Positions 52,568-62,645 of a DNA stretch of 64,000 nt are shown here, one piece after another. The position numbers were made by a program, and so were the translations under genes. Position 1 is the first letter of the stretch; the number at the start of each line of letters is the position of its first letter. A model generated the notes under the pieces. The model searched no databases and was not told where the DNA came from. It saw only the letters and a list, made by a program, of their open reading frames with translations. The DNA is from Tissierella sp. (GTDB lineage Bacteria > Bacillota > Clostridia > Tissierellales > Tissierellaceae): positions 20,018 to 84,017 of the forward strand of contig JARIEF010000035.1 of assembly GCA_029266915.1 (NCBI GenBank), written 5' to 3'.

Positions 52568-53188
52568 ATGAAAAAAATAAAACAAATATTTAAGATGGGA
52601 CTATGGGAAGATAACCCAGTTTTTGGACAAATATTAGGTATCTGTTCAGCGCTTGCTGTAACTAACCTGATGCTAAACTCTCTTATAATGGGTATTGCAC
52701 TTATGTTCGTAACTGGACTTTCATCATTTACAATTTCAGCTATAAGATCCTTTACTCCAAAGCATATAAGAATGATGATACAGGTACTTATAATATCTGC
52801 ATATGTTATTATAGTAGATATTTTCTTAAAGGCTTATTATCCAGAAATGAGTAAAGCACTTGGACCATATGTAGGACTTATAATAACAAACTGTATAATA
52901 ATGGGTAGAGCGGAAGCTTTTGCTCAGAAGAATAAACCGTTTATTTCTTTGATAGATGGTATAGCGTCAGGTCTTGGTTACACGGTAGTACTTCTTATGA
53001 TATCTTTTGTAAGAGAGCTACTAGGATTTGGTACTTTATTTGGATTACAAATATTGCCAGAGGGTTTTACTCCTTGGACAATTATGGTTATGCCTCCAGC
53101 AGCCTTTTTCTTACTGGCTATGATAATATGGGGAGCAAATTCAATGCAAAGTAAAAAAGAAAAAGGAAAAGAGGTGGCTAAAGCATGA
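52568..53188 (+). CDS. RnfE/NqrD membrane subunit
   Basis: LGICSALAVT and LIITNCIIMGRAEAFA motifs. Confidence 0.9.
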   Translation: MKKIKQIFKMGLWEDNPVFGQILGICSALAVTNLMLNSLIMGIALMFVTGLSSFTISAIRSFTPKHIRMMIQVLIISAYVIIVDIFLKAYYPEMSKALGPYVGLIITNCIIMGRAEAFAQKNKPFISLIDGIASGLGYTVVLLMISFVRELLGFGTLFGLQILPEGFTPWTIMVMPPAAFFLLAMIIWGANSMQSKKEKGKEVAKA

Positions 53189-53775
53189 TAGAATTAAACC
53201 CTTTTGTAATATTTTTAGCTGCTATATTTACTAATAACATGATACTTTCAAACTTTCTTGGAATGTGTTCATTTATAGCAGTTTCAAAAGAAATACCTAC
53301 AGCTCTAGGACTTGGTCAAGCTGTAACAGTAGTTCTTGGATTTACATCAATTATAAATTATTTTATCTATGAATTAATATTAGAGCCTCTAGGACTTGAA
53401 TACTTAAGATTTATAGTATTTATTGTTAGTATAGCAGCTTTTGTACAGTTGCTTGAGATGGTACTTGAAAAATACTTACCTAATCTTTACTATGCACTTG
53501 GAATCTTTTTACCCCTTATAACTGTAAACTGTGCAATACTGGGTGTATCATTATTTATGATTATCAGAGATTACACTTTTATGCAGACAGTAGGGTTTAG
53601 TATTGGCTCGGGTCTTGGATGGACACTAGCTATAGTGGCACTTGCAGGTATACGTCAAAGAATCAAAACTGCTCCTATTCCTGAAGGGTTAAAAGGACCC
53701 GGCATTACTCTTATAATTACGGGTATTATGGCGCTTGCATTTGTAGGTTTTTCAGGAATCGTTCAAATCCAGTAG
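53185..53775 (+). CDS. RnfA/NqrE membrane subunit
   Basis: FLGMCSF and LPLITVNCAILG motifs. Confidence 0.9.
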   Translation: MIELNPFVIFLAAIFTNNMILSNFLGMCSFIAVSKEIPTALGLGQAVTVVLGFTSIINYFIYELILEPLGLEYLRFIVFIVSIAAFVQLLEMVLEKYLPNLYYALGIFLPLITVNCAILGVSLFMIIRDYTFMQTVGFSIGSGLGWTLAIVALAGIRQRIKTAPIPEGLKGPGITLIITGIMALAFVGFSGIVQIQ

Positions 53776-53818
53776 TAAAAAATCAGTAAAAAAAACGACA
53801 TAGTTAGGAGGAGTGCTT

Positions 53819-54919
53819 GTGGATACAATTATTATGACTACTCTATCGCTTACAGCTATATCTGCTGTATTTGCGCTATTACTTACAATAGCAGATAGAA
53901 CGGTAGGAAATTATGGAGAAGTTAGTTTAACAATAAATGATGATAAACAATTTACTATTGAAGGTGGAAACAGTCTTCTATCATCTCTGATGGACGAGAA
54001 GATATTTATACCATCAGCGTGCGGTGGAAAGGGTACTTGTGGATATTGTACTGTTCAGATTGATGAAGGTGGAGGACCGGTTTTGCAAACCGAGCGTACT
54101 TTTTTAGACGATGAAGATATAGCAAACAACATAAGACTTTCATGTCAATGTAAAGTTAAAGAAGATATGAAAATTCAAATACCAGAAGAACTATTCAATG
54201 TAAAACAATTTGAAGCCAATCTGGAATCAATCACTGATCTTACAAAAATTATAAAGCAGGTAAGAATTAAAATTCCTGAAGGGGAAGAAGTAAACTTTAA
54301 GGCAGGTCAATATATGCAACTTAAGGCTCCGCTTTATGATGGAAATGATGAGGAAGTATATAGAGCATACTCTATTTCATCTTCACCTACTGAAAAAGAT
54401 CACTTGGAGTTTATAATAGGATATGTTCCTGAAGGGGTAGCAACAACTTATGTGCATCAGCACCTTAAAGAGGGTGATGAGGTTACTGTAAACGGACCTT
54501 ATGGAGATTTCTATTATCAAGATAATGATAGAGAAATGATAATGGTAGCAGCAGGAACAGGAGTTGCACCTATACTTTCCCTATTAAAATATATGCGGGA
54601 AAATGATATTAAAAGAAAAGCTACCTTTTACTTTGGAGCAAAAACTCAGGACGATCTTTTCTTCCTAGATTACTTTAAAGAACTTGAAGAAACTCTTCAT
54701 GACTTTAAATTTATACCATGTCTTTCAAGAGTTTCAGAAGGAGATGGATGGACTGGATTTATAGGTAGAGTAAATAATGCTATAGATGATATGATGGAAG
54801 ATGGAGAAAACAAAGAAGCTTATTTATGCGGTAACGAACCTATGATAAACTCAGTTACAGCTGCTCTTACTAAAAAGGGCATGCCGGAAGAGTTAATTTA
54901 TTTTGATAAATTTAGCTAG
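53819..54919 (+). CDS. NqrF-like membrane-anchored [2Fe-2S]/FAD NAD(P)H oxidoreductase
   Basis: N-terminal TM, SACGGKGTCGYC...RLSCQ, RAYS, GPYG, GTGVAP and YLCG motifs; SD AGGAGG before GTG 53819. Confidence 0.88.
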   Translation: MDTIIMTTLSLTAISAVFALLLTIADRTVGNYGEVSLTINDDKQFTIEGGNSLLSSLMDEKIFIPSACGGKGTCGYCTVQIDEGGGPVLQTERTFLDDEDIANNIRLSCQCKVKEDMKIQIPEELFNVKQFEANLESITDLTKIIKQVRIKIPEGEEVNFKAGQYMQLKAPLYDGNDEEVYRAYSISSSPTEKDHLEFIIGYVPEGVATTYVHQHLKEGDEVTVNGPYGDFYYQDNDREMIMVAAGTGVAPILSLLKYMRENDIKRKATFYFGAKTQDDLFFLDYFKELEETLHDFKFIPCLSRVSEGDGWTGFIGRVNNAIDDMMEDGENKEAYLCGNEPMINSVTAALTKKGMPEELIYFDKFS

Positions 54920-55067
54920 AAAATTGAATCTATTGTAAATAAAGTACACTCAAATCTAATTTTAATATTAGATTTGAGTGTTTTTTTATCCTATTAAATA
55001 TCTTAGAATCAACATATTTAGATTTAATTATGATATAATTAAATCAGAACAAGTTTAGGAGGAAATT

Positions 55068-56414
55068 ATGAAATTAGAATTATTTGACTTTATTGATGAG
55101 ACCTTAGTTCTTATTGAAGAAAGCTCGGACATACTTGATAGGGTGTCAAAAGAGTTGGAAAAATTTTTTACAGACAGCTTTTTTATAAAAGATCACTTTT
55201 TAAATGTAAGTTACAGGATCAAGTCAGCAGATAGCCTTAAAGAAAAGATACTTAGAGATAATTTTTACTTGAAATATAAAACTCCTGAAAATCTGTTACA
55301 TAATTTATCTGATTTAATAGGTATAAGGATAGAGTGTAGATTTATTGAAGATGAGAGGAAGATCTATAGGGATATTATTGATATATTTAAAACCAAGGAA
55401 GAAGACGGCTATTACTCTAATCCTTTAAATTCAAGTATCAGACTAAAACTTTCAGATCATCAGCCGCAAATTCAGAAAAATGGATTTGAAATATATAAAA
55501 TTGATGGTAAATATAAAAAAGAAGATATAGAAGTTAACTTTGAACTTCAGGTAAAATGTTTAGTAAATGTTTTCTGGGGAGAGATAGACCATAGAGTACT
55601 CTACAAGAATTTTAACTATATGCTTACAGAAGACTTTTTCAGGGATATAATGAGTTCCATAAAAGATAGTTTAGCCATGATAGATAGGCAACTTATGGTT
55701 GTTTTTAACCATTTAAACGGTATGGACGCAAGTGATGCAACAAATAAAAAGGTCCAGATAAAATCTCTTCTTTCTAAAATAATTCATGATATATATGTTA
55801 TAAAAGTAAGGCAAGAAATCGGATTTATAGTTGACTTTAAAAAGTCGACAGATGTAATAGTAAACTATATATTTATGAAGGGCGGGGCAGAAGAGTCTGC
55901 AAACTATAGTGAGAATTTCTTGAGAATTTTAAACAGGCTAAATGAGATTGGCAATAAAGAAATGACTTTTAATAAATATATTGATTTTGAGAGAGAAATA
56001 TTTTATAATGATAGATTTACTAGGAAAATGGGATCAACTATACTAGAAATTATAAATAAAGATTTTAGATGGAATCTATTCTTTAAAATAATATTTGAAA
56101 TAGAAAATGGTATGCAAGCAGAAGACTTTGAAGGTTTTTTAATCTATATAAGATATGTTTTTTATCAGGGCATTATGAAAGGTCTTGATGGTAAAACTAT
56201 AGAGAAAGAACAAAAGGAAGAAATTGTACATTCTACATTAGACAGTATTGCAAATAATTTCTCCAAGGAAATATCGGTAGACTTTATAAATGAGTCTAGT
56301 ATAAATAAAATTATTGAGAAAGTGATATCATTATTTATAGATATAGAAAGCTATGAAGATTTCCTAGATCATAAAATAGATATCAAAAACAAAATATCTG
56401 AATATAAATTTTAG
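55068..56414 (+). CDS. RelA/SpoT synthetase-domain protein with an uncharacterised C-terminal domain
   Basis: RIKSADSLKEK, DLIGIRI and ELQVK...WGEIDH..LYK motifs. Confidence 0.78.
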   Translation: MKLELFDFIDETLVLIEESSDILDRVSKELEKFFTDSFFIKDHFLNVSYRIKSADSLKEKILRDNFYLKYKTPENLLHNLSDLIGIRIECRFIEDERKIYRDIIDIFKTKEEDGYYSNPLNSSIRLKLSDHQPQIQKNGFEIYKIDGKYKKEDIEVNFELQVKCLVNVFWGEIDHRVLYKNFNYMLTEDFFRDIMSSIKDSLAMIDRQLMVVFNHLNGMDASDATNKKVQIKSLLSKIIHDIYVIKVRQEIGFIVDFKKSTDVIVNYIFMKGGAEESANYSENFLRILNRLNEIGNKEMTFNKYIDFEREIFYNDRFTRKMGSTILEIINKDFRWNLFFKIIFEIENGMQAEDFEGFLIYIRYVFYQGIMKGLDGKTIEKEQKEEIVHSTLDSIANNFSKEISVDFINESSINKIIEKVISLFIDIESYEDFLDHKIDIKNKISEYKF

Positions 56415-56454
56415 TACCTAGCAAAAGCTAGGTGCTTTTTTTTATTAATAAAAC

Positions 56455-56470
56455 TGTGACCCACATCACT
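56455..56470 (+). promoter_or_regulatory. Crp/Fnr-type site at a class II position of the pflB promoter
   Basis: TGTGA-N6-TCACT centred about -41.5 from the TSS predicted from TATAAT at 56492-56497. Confidence 0.75.
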
Positions 56471-56551
56471 GCAGCAAGATACTTTCTTATATATAATTGA
56501 ATTATGATAAGAGATTAAGTTAAACATACATATAGCTAAGGAGATGGTATC

Positions 56552-58795
56552 ATGAGTTATTGGGATAGTTTTAAAAAAGGAAAATGGAACGAAGAGGTTA
56601 ATGTCAGGGATTTTATTCAATTAAATTATAAGCCCTTTGAAGGAGATGAAAGTTTTCTAGCTGAAGCATCACAAAGAACCAAGTCTTTATGGCAAAAAGC
56701 GGAAAAAATGATAAATGATGAAATATTAACCGGAAAAATAGAAATAGATATGGATACATTTTCAGGTATAGATAAATATCAAGCAGGATACTTAGACAAA
56801 GAAGAAGAACTAATAGTAGGTTTTCAATCAAATGAGCCTTTGAAAAGAATAATAAATCCTTACGGCGGATATAGAATGGTCCAAAATTCTTTGAAGTCTT
56901 ATGGTAAAACAATGGATGAGGTTAAAGAACGGGATTTCAATGATTTTAGAAAAACACATAATCAAGGAGTTTTTGATGCCTATACAAAAGAAATGAGGCT
57001 GGCAAGGACAGCAGGTCTGCTTACTGGACTTCCGGATGCTTATGGAAGAGGAAGAATAATAGGAGACTATAGAAGAATTGCACTTTATGGATTAGATTTT
57101 CTAAAAAATGAGAAAATTAAAGATTATGAAAATATATCAGGTAATGCATGTGAAGATACTATAAGACTTAGGGAAGAAGTTTCCGAACAAATTAGAGCGT
57201 TTGATCTAATGGATAGTATGGCCAATAGTTATAGCATAGATATTAGTAAACCGGCAAAAAATGCTCAAGAAGCAGTTCAATACTTATATTTTGGTTACTT
57301 GGCAGCGATAAAAGAAAACAATGGAGCGGCTATGAGTCTTGGAAGAAATACTTCCTTTTTAGATATATATATAGAAAGAGATCTGGAAAATGGAACTATA
57401 GATGAAATCTTTGCCCAAGAGATTATAGACCAGTTTGTAATAAAGCTTAGAATGGCAAGACATTTAAGAACTCCTGACTATAACGAACTTTTTGCAGGAG
57501 ACCCTAATTGGATTACAGAGTCAATCGGAGGAATGGGTGAAGATGGGAGAACACTGGTTACAAAAACATCTTATAGATTTCTTCATACTCTAAAAACACT
57601 CTCTCCTGCACCTGAACCAAACATGACTGTACTTTGGTCGGGAGATCTTCCCATTAGATTTAAAAACTATTGCTCTAAGATGTCCATTGACACAGGATCA
57701 ATTCAATATGAAAATGATGATTTAATGAGAGATATATATGGAGATGACTATGCGATAGCTTGCTGTGTTTCAGCTATGAAGGTAGGAAAAGAAATGCAGT
57801 TCTTTGGAGCTCGTACCAATCTGTCAAAGGCTTTATTATACGCTATAAACGGAGGAGTAGATGAACTTAAAAAAGCTAAAGATGGAAGCCTTTTAAAAGT
57901 AATAGATGGGATAGAATCTATAGATGATGAAGTTTTAGATTATGATAAGGTAGTAGAAAATTACGACAAGGTAGTAGCTAAAATAGCAAATATATATGTA
58001 AATACTATGAATACTATACACTATATGCATGATAAATATGCATATGAAAGAGGCCAGATGGCGCTTCATGATACTGATCTTCACAGGTATATGGCTTTTG
58101 GAATAGCAGGACTTTCAATAGTTGCAGATTCCTTAAGTGCCATAAAATATGCCAAGGTTAAACCTATAAGAGATGAAAATGGCATAGCTATAGATTTTGA
58201 AATAGAAGGGGATTTTCCAAAATTTGGAAACGATGATGATAAAGTAGATAATATAGCTGTTGAAATTGTAGAGAAATTTACTCGAGAACTTAAAAAAACT
58301 CCGACTTATAGAGACTCAGAACATACCCTTTCAGTTCTTACAATAACATCAAATGTTGTATATTGTAAAAAGACGGGATCTACACCAGACGGAAGAAAAA
58401 AAGGAGAACCATTTGCGCCTGGAGCAAACCCTATGCATGGAAGAGATGAAAATGGAGCTCTAGCTTCACTAAATTCAGTTGCTAAAATACCTTATAAAGA
58501 TTGCTGCCAAGATGGTATTTCAAACACTTTTTCAATAACACCAGGAACTCTTGGAAATAATGAAATTGATAAGATAAATAATTTAACCGGTATAATGGAC
58601 GGATACTTTGATCAAGGAGCTTTTCATCTAAATGTAAACGTCTTTAATAGAGAACTTTTAGTAGATGCTATGAATCATCCAGAGATGTATCCAACGCTTA
58701 CTATAAGAGTTTCAGGATACGCAGTACACTTTAATAGACTTACTAAAGAACAAAAGTTAGAAGTAATAAATAGAACATTCCACGAAAGAATTTAA
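56552..58795 (+). CDS. pflB: Formate C-acetyltransferase (pyruvate formate-lyase)
   Basis: IACCVS active site and IRVSGYAV glycyl-radical motif. Confidence 0.96.
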   Translation: MSYWDSFKKGKWNEEVNVRDFIQLNYKPFEGDESFLAEASQRTKSLWQKAEKMINDEILTGKIEIDMDTFSGIDKYQAGYLDKEEELIVGFQSNEPLKRIINPYGGYRMVQNSLKSYGKTMDEVKERDFNDFRKTHNQGVFDAYTKEMRLARTAGLLTGLPDAYGRGRIIGDYRRIALYGLDFLKNEKIKDYENISGNACEDTIRLREEVSEQIRAFDLMDSMANSYSIDISKPAKNAQEAVQYLYFGYLAAIKENNGAAMSLGRNTSFLDIYIERDLENGTIDEIFAQEIIDQFVIKLRMARHLRTPDYNELFAGDPNWITESIGGMGEDGRTLVTKTSYRFLHTLKTLSPAPEPNMTVLWSGDLPIRFKNYCSKMSIDTGSIQYENDDLMRDIYGDDYAIACCVSAMKVGKEMQFFGARTNLSKALLYAINGGVDELKKAKDGSLLKVIDGIESIDDEVLDYDKVVENYDKVVAKIANIYVNTMNTIHYMHDKYAYERGQMALHDTDLHRYMAFGIAGLSIVADSLSAIKYAKVKPIRDENGIAIDFEIEGDFPKFGNDDDKVDNIAVEIVEKFTRELKKTPTYRDSEHTLSVLTITSNVVYCKKTGSTPDGRKKGEPFAPGANPMHGRDENGALASLNSVAKIPYKDCCQDGISNTFSITPGTLGNNEIDKINNLTGIMDGYFDQGAFHLNVNVFNRELLVDAMNHPEMYPTLTIRVSGYAVHFNRLTKEQKLEVINRTFHERI

Positions 58796-58827
58796 GAAAA
58801 ATTAAAGTTGAGAGAGGAGAATTGATT

Positions 58828-59589
58828 ATGGTAGAAGGTAAACTTCATTCAATTGAGACAATGGGGCTAGTAGATGGTCCTGGAATAAGAACAGTATTTT
58901 TTCTTCAGGGATGTCCCTTGAGATGCAGTTATTGTCATAATCCTGATAGCCAATCAATGTTTTCTAAAAGCAGAATAACACCCAGCGAAGTTGTAAAAAT
59001 AGCTAAGAGATACAAATCCTATTACAATAGAACTGGAGGGGGAGTTACTTTTTCTGGTGGAGAGCCTCTCCTTCAAGGTGAATTCTTAATTGAGACTTTA
59101 AAACTTTTAAAAGAAGAAGGAATAAATACTGCAATAGATACCAGTGGCTACGGGGATGAAAGATATTACAAAGAGATATTAAAATATGTTGATGTAGTGC
59201 TGCTAGATATAAAACATTTTGATAATACTGGATATAAAAAAGTTACTGGAAAAAGTATGGGAGGATTTTATAAATTTCTTTCATATTTAGAAGACTTTAA
59301 TGGTATACTATGGTTAAGACATGTGATGGTACCAGGGATTACTGATAATAATCAAAGTATAAAAAGTTTATTTAACAATGTGAGTCACTTAGCGGGGAAT
59401 ATAGATAGATTTGAAATACTTCCCTATCATAAGATGGGGCTTGAAAAGTACAAAAATCTTAATATGGAATATAGTCTAAAAAATGTTCCTGAAATGAATA
59501 AAGAAAAAGCTGGAAAGTTTCAGGATGTTTTAGAGACGATGTTGAAAAAAGAGAAAAATAAAATTTACCAAGCAAAAAAGATAATATAA
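58828..59589 (+). CDS. pflA: Pyruvate formate-lyase activating enzyme
   Basis: DGPGIR, CPLRCSYCHNP and SGGEP motifs. Confidence 0.95.
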   Translation: MVEGKLHSIETMGLVDGPGIRTVFFLQGCPLRCSYCHNPDSQSMFSKSRITPSEVVKIAKRYKSYYNRTGGGVTFSGGEPLLQGEFLIETLKLLKEEGINTAIDTSGYGDERYYKEILKYVDVVLLDIKHFDNTGYKKVTGKSMGGFYKFLSYLEDFNGILWLRHVMVPGITDNNQSIKSLFNNVSHLAGNIDRFEILPYHKMGLEKYKNLNMEYSLKNVPEMNKEKAGKFQDVLETMLKKEKNKIYQAKKII

Positions 59590-59621
59590 TATAAATCATC
59601 TGTGTCTAATATATTTAGTAG

Positions 59622-60350
59622 GTGAGAAATATAAAAAAATGTGATATATGCAATAGGGCTTGTAAGGTTTGCGATGGTACATCTTGTATTCATAATATAC
59701 CTTTACTATCAAGCCTAGATGAATATGAGTTAAAAGATATATCCCAAGGAATAGTAACGCGTGAATTCAAAAAAGGTGAATATATTTTTAGAACAGGCGA
59801 TAAAGCCGACAGATTATATATTGTATGCTCTGGAAAAATGAAAATATATAATGGGTTTGCTGACGGGAGAGAACAGATTCTTTATATATATGGTGCGGGA
59901 GACTTTGTTGGAGCTTTTAATCTTTTAAAAGAAGATGAGTATAAATACAATGCTGAAGCTTTAGAAAATACAGTTGTAAGTACTCTTACAAAAGCTAAAT
60001 TTGATGAAATAGCTATTAAAAGTCCTACTATTACTTTAAAGATTTTAGAAAAGGCATACGAAAGAATCAGACAAGCTGAAATGCTTGTGGATAGACTGTC
60101 CTCTAACAATGCAGATTCTAAAGTGGCGGGTCTTCTATTGAGCTTAGTACAAAACTTTGGTACTAAAGAGGATAATAGTATAGTTCTTAATCTTTCAATC
60201 AATAGAGAGGAAATGGGGAGCTATGCAGGTATAACCAGAGAGACTATGACTAGGAAGTTAATAAGTTTTAGTGATATGGGATTTATTAGCTTAGAAGGAA
60301 ATAAGAAAATAATAATAACTGATGAAGATAAATTAAAGGAGCTCTTATAA
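59622..60350 (+). CDS. Crp/Fnr-family regulator with an N-terminal Cys cluster
   Basis: CDICNRACKVCDGTSC, cNMP-like domain, HTH GITRETMTR; start codon uncertain. Confidence 0.88.
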   Translation: MRNIKKCDICNRACKVCDGTSCIHNIPLLSSLDEYELKDISQGIVTREFKKGEYIFRTGDKADRLYIVCSGKMKIYNGFADGREQILYIYGAGDFVGAFNLLKEDEYKYNAEALENTVVSTLTKAKFDEIAIKSPTITLKILEKAYERIRQAEMLVDRLSSNNADSKVAGLLLSLVQNFGTKEDNSIVLNLSINREEMGSYAGITRETMTRKLISFSDMGFISLEGNKKIIITDEDKLKELL

Positions 60351-60496
60351 TCATAAAGATTATGGGGCTCTTTTTATAGTTTTATAAGGATTTATCTAAT
60401 CTTTTATGATAAAATAAAAATATAGAATAAAAACTCAATTAAATTATGAGAAATATAAAAAGTTTTAAAAGAATAATTTCAGAGAGGAAGTTGTCA

Positions 60497-60859
60497 TTGA
60501 ATAAATTAGGACAATTTGGATTAATATTAGGTATATTGTTCCTGGGAGAGTTTCTATCAAAGTGGTTTAGTCTGCCTATTCCACCTAGTATACTCGGAAT
60601 GATTATCCTATTTGCGCTCTTAGCTTTAAAGATTGTAAAATTAAAATGGGTAGAAAGTGTAGGCAACAGTTTGTTAGATAATCTATCAGTGATGTTTATT
60701 CCAGCGGGGGTTGCTATAGTAAGAGAACTAGAATTATTTAGGGGAGTTATTATCCCTCTTGCCATAATTATATTTGTAAGCACTACTATAGTTATAGTAG
60801 TAACTGGATATACAGTACAAGCACTCGAAGACAAGAAGAGGGTGAAGTCATATGATTGA
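60497..60859 (+). CDS. CidA/LrgA family protein
   Basis: PPSILGM and FIPAGV motifs. Confidence 0.88.
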   Translation: MNKLGQFGLILGILFLGEFLSKWFSLPIPPSILGMIILFALLALKIVKLKWVESVGNSLLDNLSVMFIPAGVAIVRELELFRGVIIPLAIIIFVSTTIVIVVTGYTVQALEDKKRVKSYD

Positions 60860-61544
60860 ATATGTAAATACACCTCTTTTTGGAATCTCACTTACTATAA
60901 TAGTTTTCAGCATATCTAATTTAATTTATAAGAAAATAAAAAACCCCCTATTAAATCCTATAGCTATAAGTATGATTTTTATTATTTGGTTTTTAAAATA
61001 TTTCAATATAAGTATTGAAAGCTATGAAACGGGAGGAAGTTTTGTAAGCTTTTTCCTAGGCCCTGCAACTATAGCCTTGGCTATACCTATATATAACAAG
61101 TTAGACCTATTAAAGAAGAATCTTCTAACTACATTAATTGGTATAACAGCTGGTTCACTTGCCGGTATATTATCTATAACTATAATGAGCAAATTATTTG
61201 GTATAAATGACCTTATGATGTTATCTTTAATTCCCAAATCCACAACATCAGCCATAGCTATGGATCTATCTCAGCAGATAAAAGGAAATCCATCTATAAC
61301 TATAGCTTTTGTGATAGCAACAGGCATAATGGGTAATATATTAGGACCAAGCATACTAAAAATATTTAATATAAAAAACAAGAGAGCTAAAGGTATAGCC
61401 CTTGGAACTGCTTCTCATGTTGTAGGGACGGCTAAAGCTATGGAACTCGGACAAGTTGAAGGAGCTATGAGCTCGCTTGCTATTGGTATAGCTGGTATAA
61501 TTACAGTTTTTTTAGCACCTTTAATTGTAAATCTTATAATGTGA
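60852..61544 (+). CDS. LrgB family protein
   Basis: [16 protein letters not shown] and GTASHVVGT motifs. Confidence 0.9.
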   Translation: MIEYVNTPLFGISLTIIVFSISNLIYKKIKNPLLNPIAISMIFIIWFLKYFNISIESYETGGSFVSFFLGPATIALAIPIYNKLDLLKKNLLTTLIGITAGSLAGILSITIMSKLFGINDLMMLSLIPKSTTSAIAMDLSQQIKGNPSITIAFVIATGIMGNILGPSILKIFNIKNKRAKGIALGTASHVVGTAKAMELGQVEGAMSSLAIGIAGIITVFLAPLIVNLIM

Positions 61545-61567
61545 GTTTAAAAGAAAGGATGAAAATA

Positions 61568-62044
61568 ATGAAAGAAATTTATTTAGCTGGAGGATGTTTC
61601 TGGGGTGTGGCAGAATATTTCTCCAGAATAAAAGGAGTAATAGAAACAGAAGTTGGATATGCAAATGGAAGAAGAGAAAATCCAAGCTATGAGCAAGTTT
61701 GTACAGGTACGACTGGGCACACTGAAACAACATATGTAAAATTTGATGAAGATATTGTAACTCTAGAGAAAATACTGAATAATTTCTGGCATATAATAGA
61801 CCCTACACAATTAAATAGACAGGGACCAGATCGTGGAACTCAGTATAGAACAGGAATTTATTATAAAGATGAATCTGATAAAGACGTAATTTTAAAAACT
61901 CTGGAGAAAGTAAAGAAGAGATATGATGAACCTATAGTTACAGAAGTAGAAACTTTAAAATCATATTTTAAAGCTGAAGAATATCATCAGGATTATTTAA
62001 AGAAAAATCCCAATGGCTACTGCCATATAGATTTAGATAGTTAA
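61568..62044 (+). CDS. msrA: Peptide-methionine (S)-S-oxide reductase
   Basis: AGGCFWG and AEEYHQDYL motifs; Cys (TGT) form. Confidence 0.95.
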   Translation: MKEIYLAGGCFWGVAEYFSRIKGVIETEVGYANGRRENPSYEQVCTGTTGHTETTYVKFDEDIVTLEKILNNFWHIIDPTQLNRQGPDRGTQYRTGIYYKDESDKDVILKTLEKVKKRYDEPIVTEVETLKSYFKAEEYHQDYLKKNPNGYCHIDLDS

Positions 62045-62150
62045 AGCACAGAAAGTTAAAATGGGGTTTTAATATTCCCCAATAAGGGGTATAATTGATT
62101 ATATAGTAACAATATTTATTAAATACTTAAATTATAAGGAGGAATATATT

Positions 62151-62486
62151 ATGAACAAAGAAATGGATAAACATGAACATGATGAAAACTGCAATCACGA
62201 CCATGAAGGTGATATAGATGTAATTTATCTAACTTTTGAAGATGATGAAGAAGTTGAGTGTCAGGTATTGGGAGTTTTTGAAGTAGAGAATAAAGAGTAC
62301 ATCGCTCTTCATCCAGCAGATGAAGATGAGATATTGCTTTATGAATACAAAGATAACGAAGAAGAGTTTGATCTTATTCCAATAGAAGATGAAGAAGAAT
62401 TGGAATTAGTTTCCGCTGCATATTTTGAATTGTTTGATGATGAAGACGATGATATGGAATATGGAGAGTATGACGAAGAAGAATAG
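62151..62486 (+). CDS. DUF1292 acidic protein
   Basis: Very acidic, FEVENKEYIAL motif, His/Cys-rich N-terminus. Confidence 0.8.
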   Translation: MNKEMDKHEHDENCNHDHEGDIDVIYLTFEDDEEVECQVLGVFEVENKEYIALHPADEDEILLYEYKDNEEEFDLIPIEDEEELELVSAAYFELFDDEDDDMEYGEYDEEE

Positions 62487-62645
62487 TCAAAAATATCAAA
62501 TAAAGTACTTTACTCATTGTAGAGTACTTTATTTAAATATATCAATATAAACTGAAAATTCTTAATCTATATAACTATTTTAAAGAAGTTATGATATAAT
62601 AGCATTTAGGATAAGAGTTTATATTTAAATATTAGAGGTGGAGCT

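Noticed and set aside
51956-61544. TGA stops of rnfD, rnfE, cidA and lrgB as Sec codons
   Set aside because: Each protein is already full-length, the stops lie at operon junctions, and no SECIS-like hairpin or redox motif was noted
60497-61544. CidA/LrgB as a prophage holin module
   Set aside because: No phage genes nearby; the pfl context fits a metabolite transporter
61568-62044. MsrA as a selenoprotein
   Set aside because: The catalytic codon is TGT (Cys), not TGA
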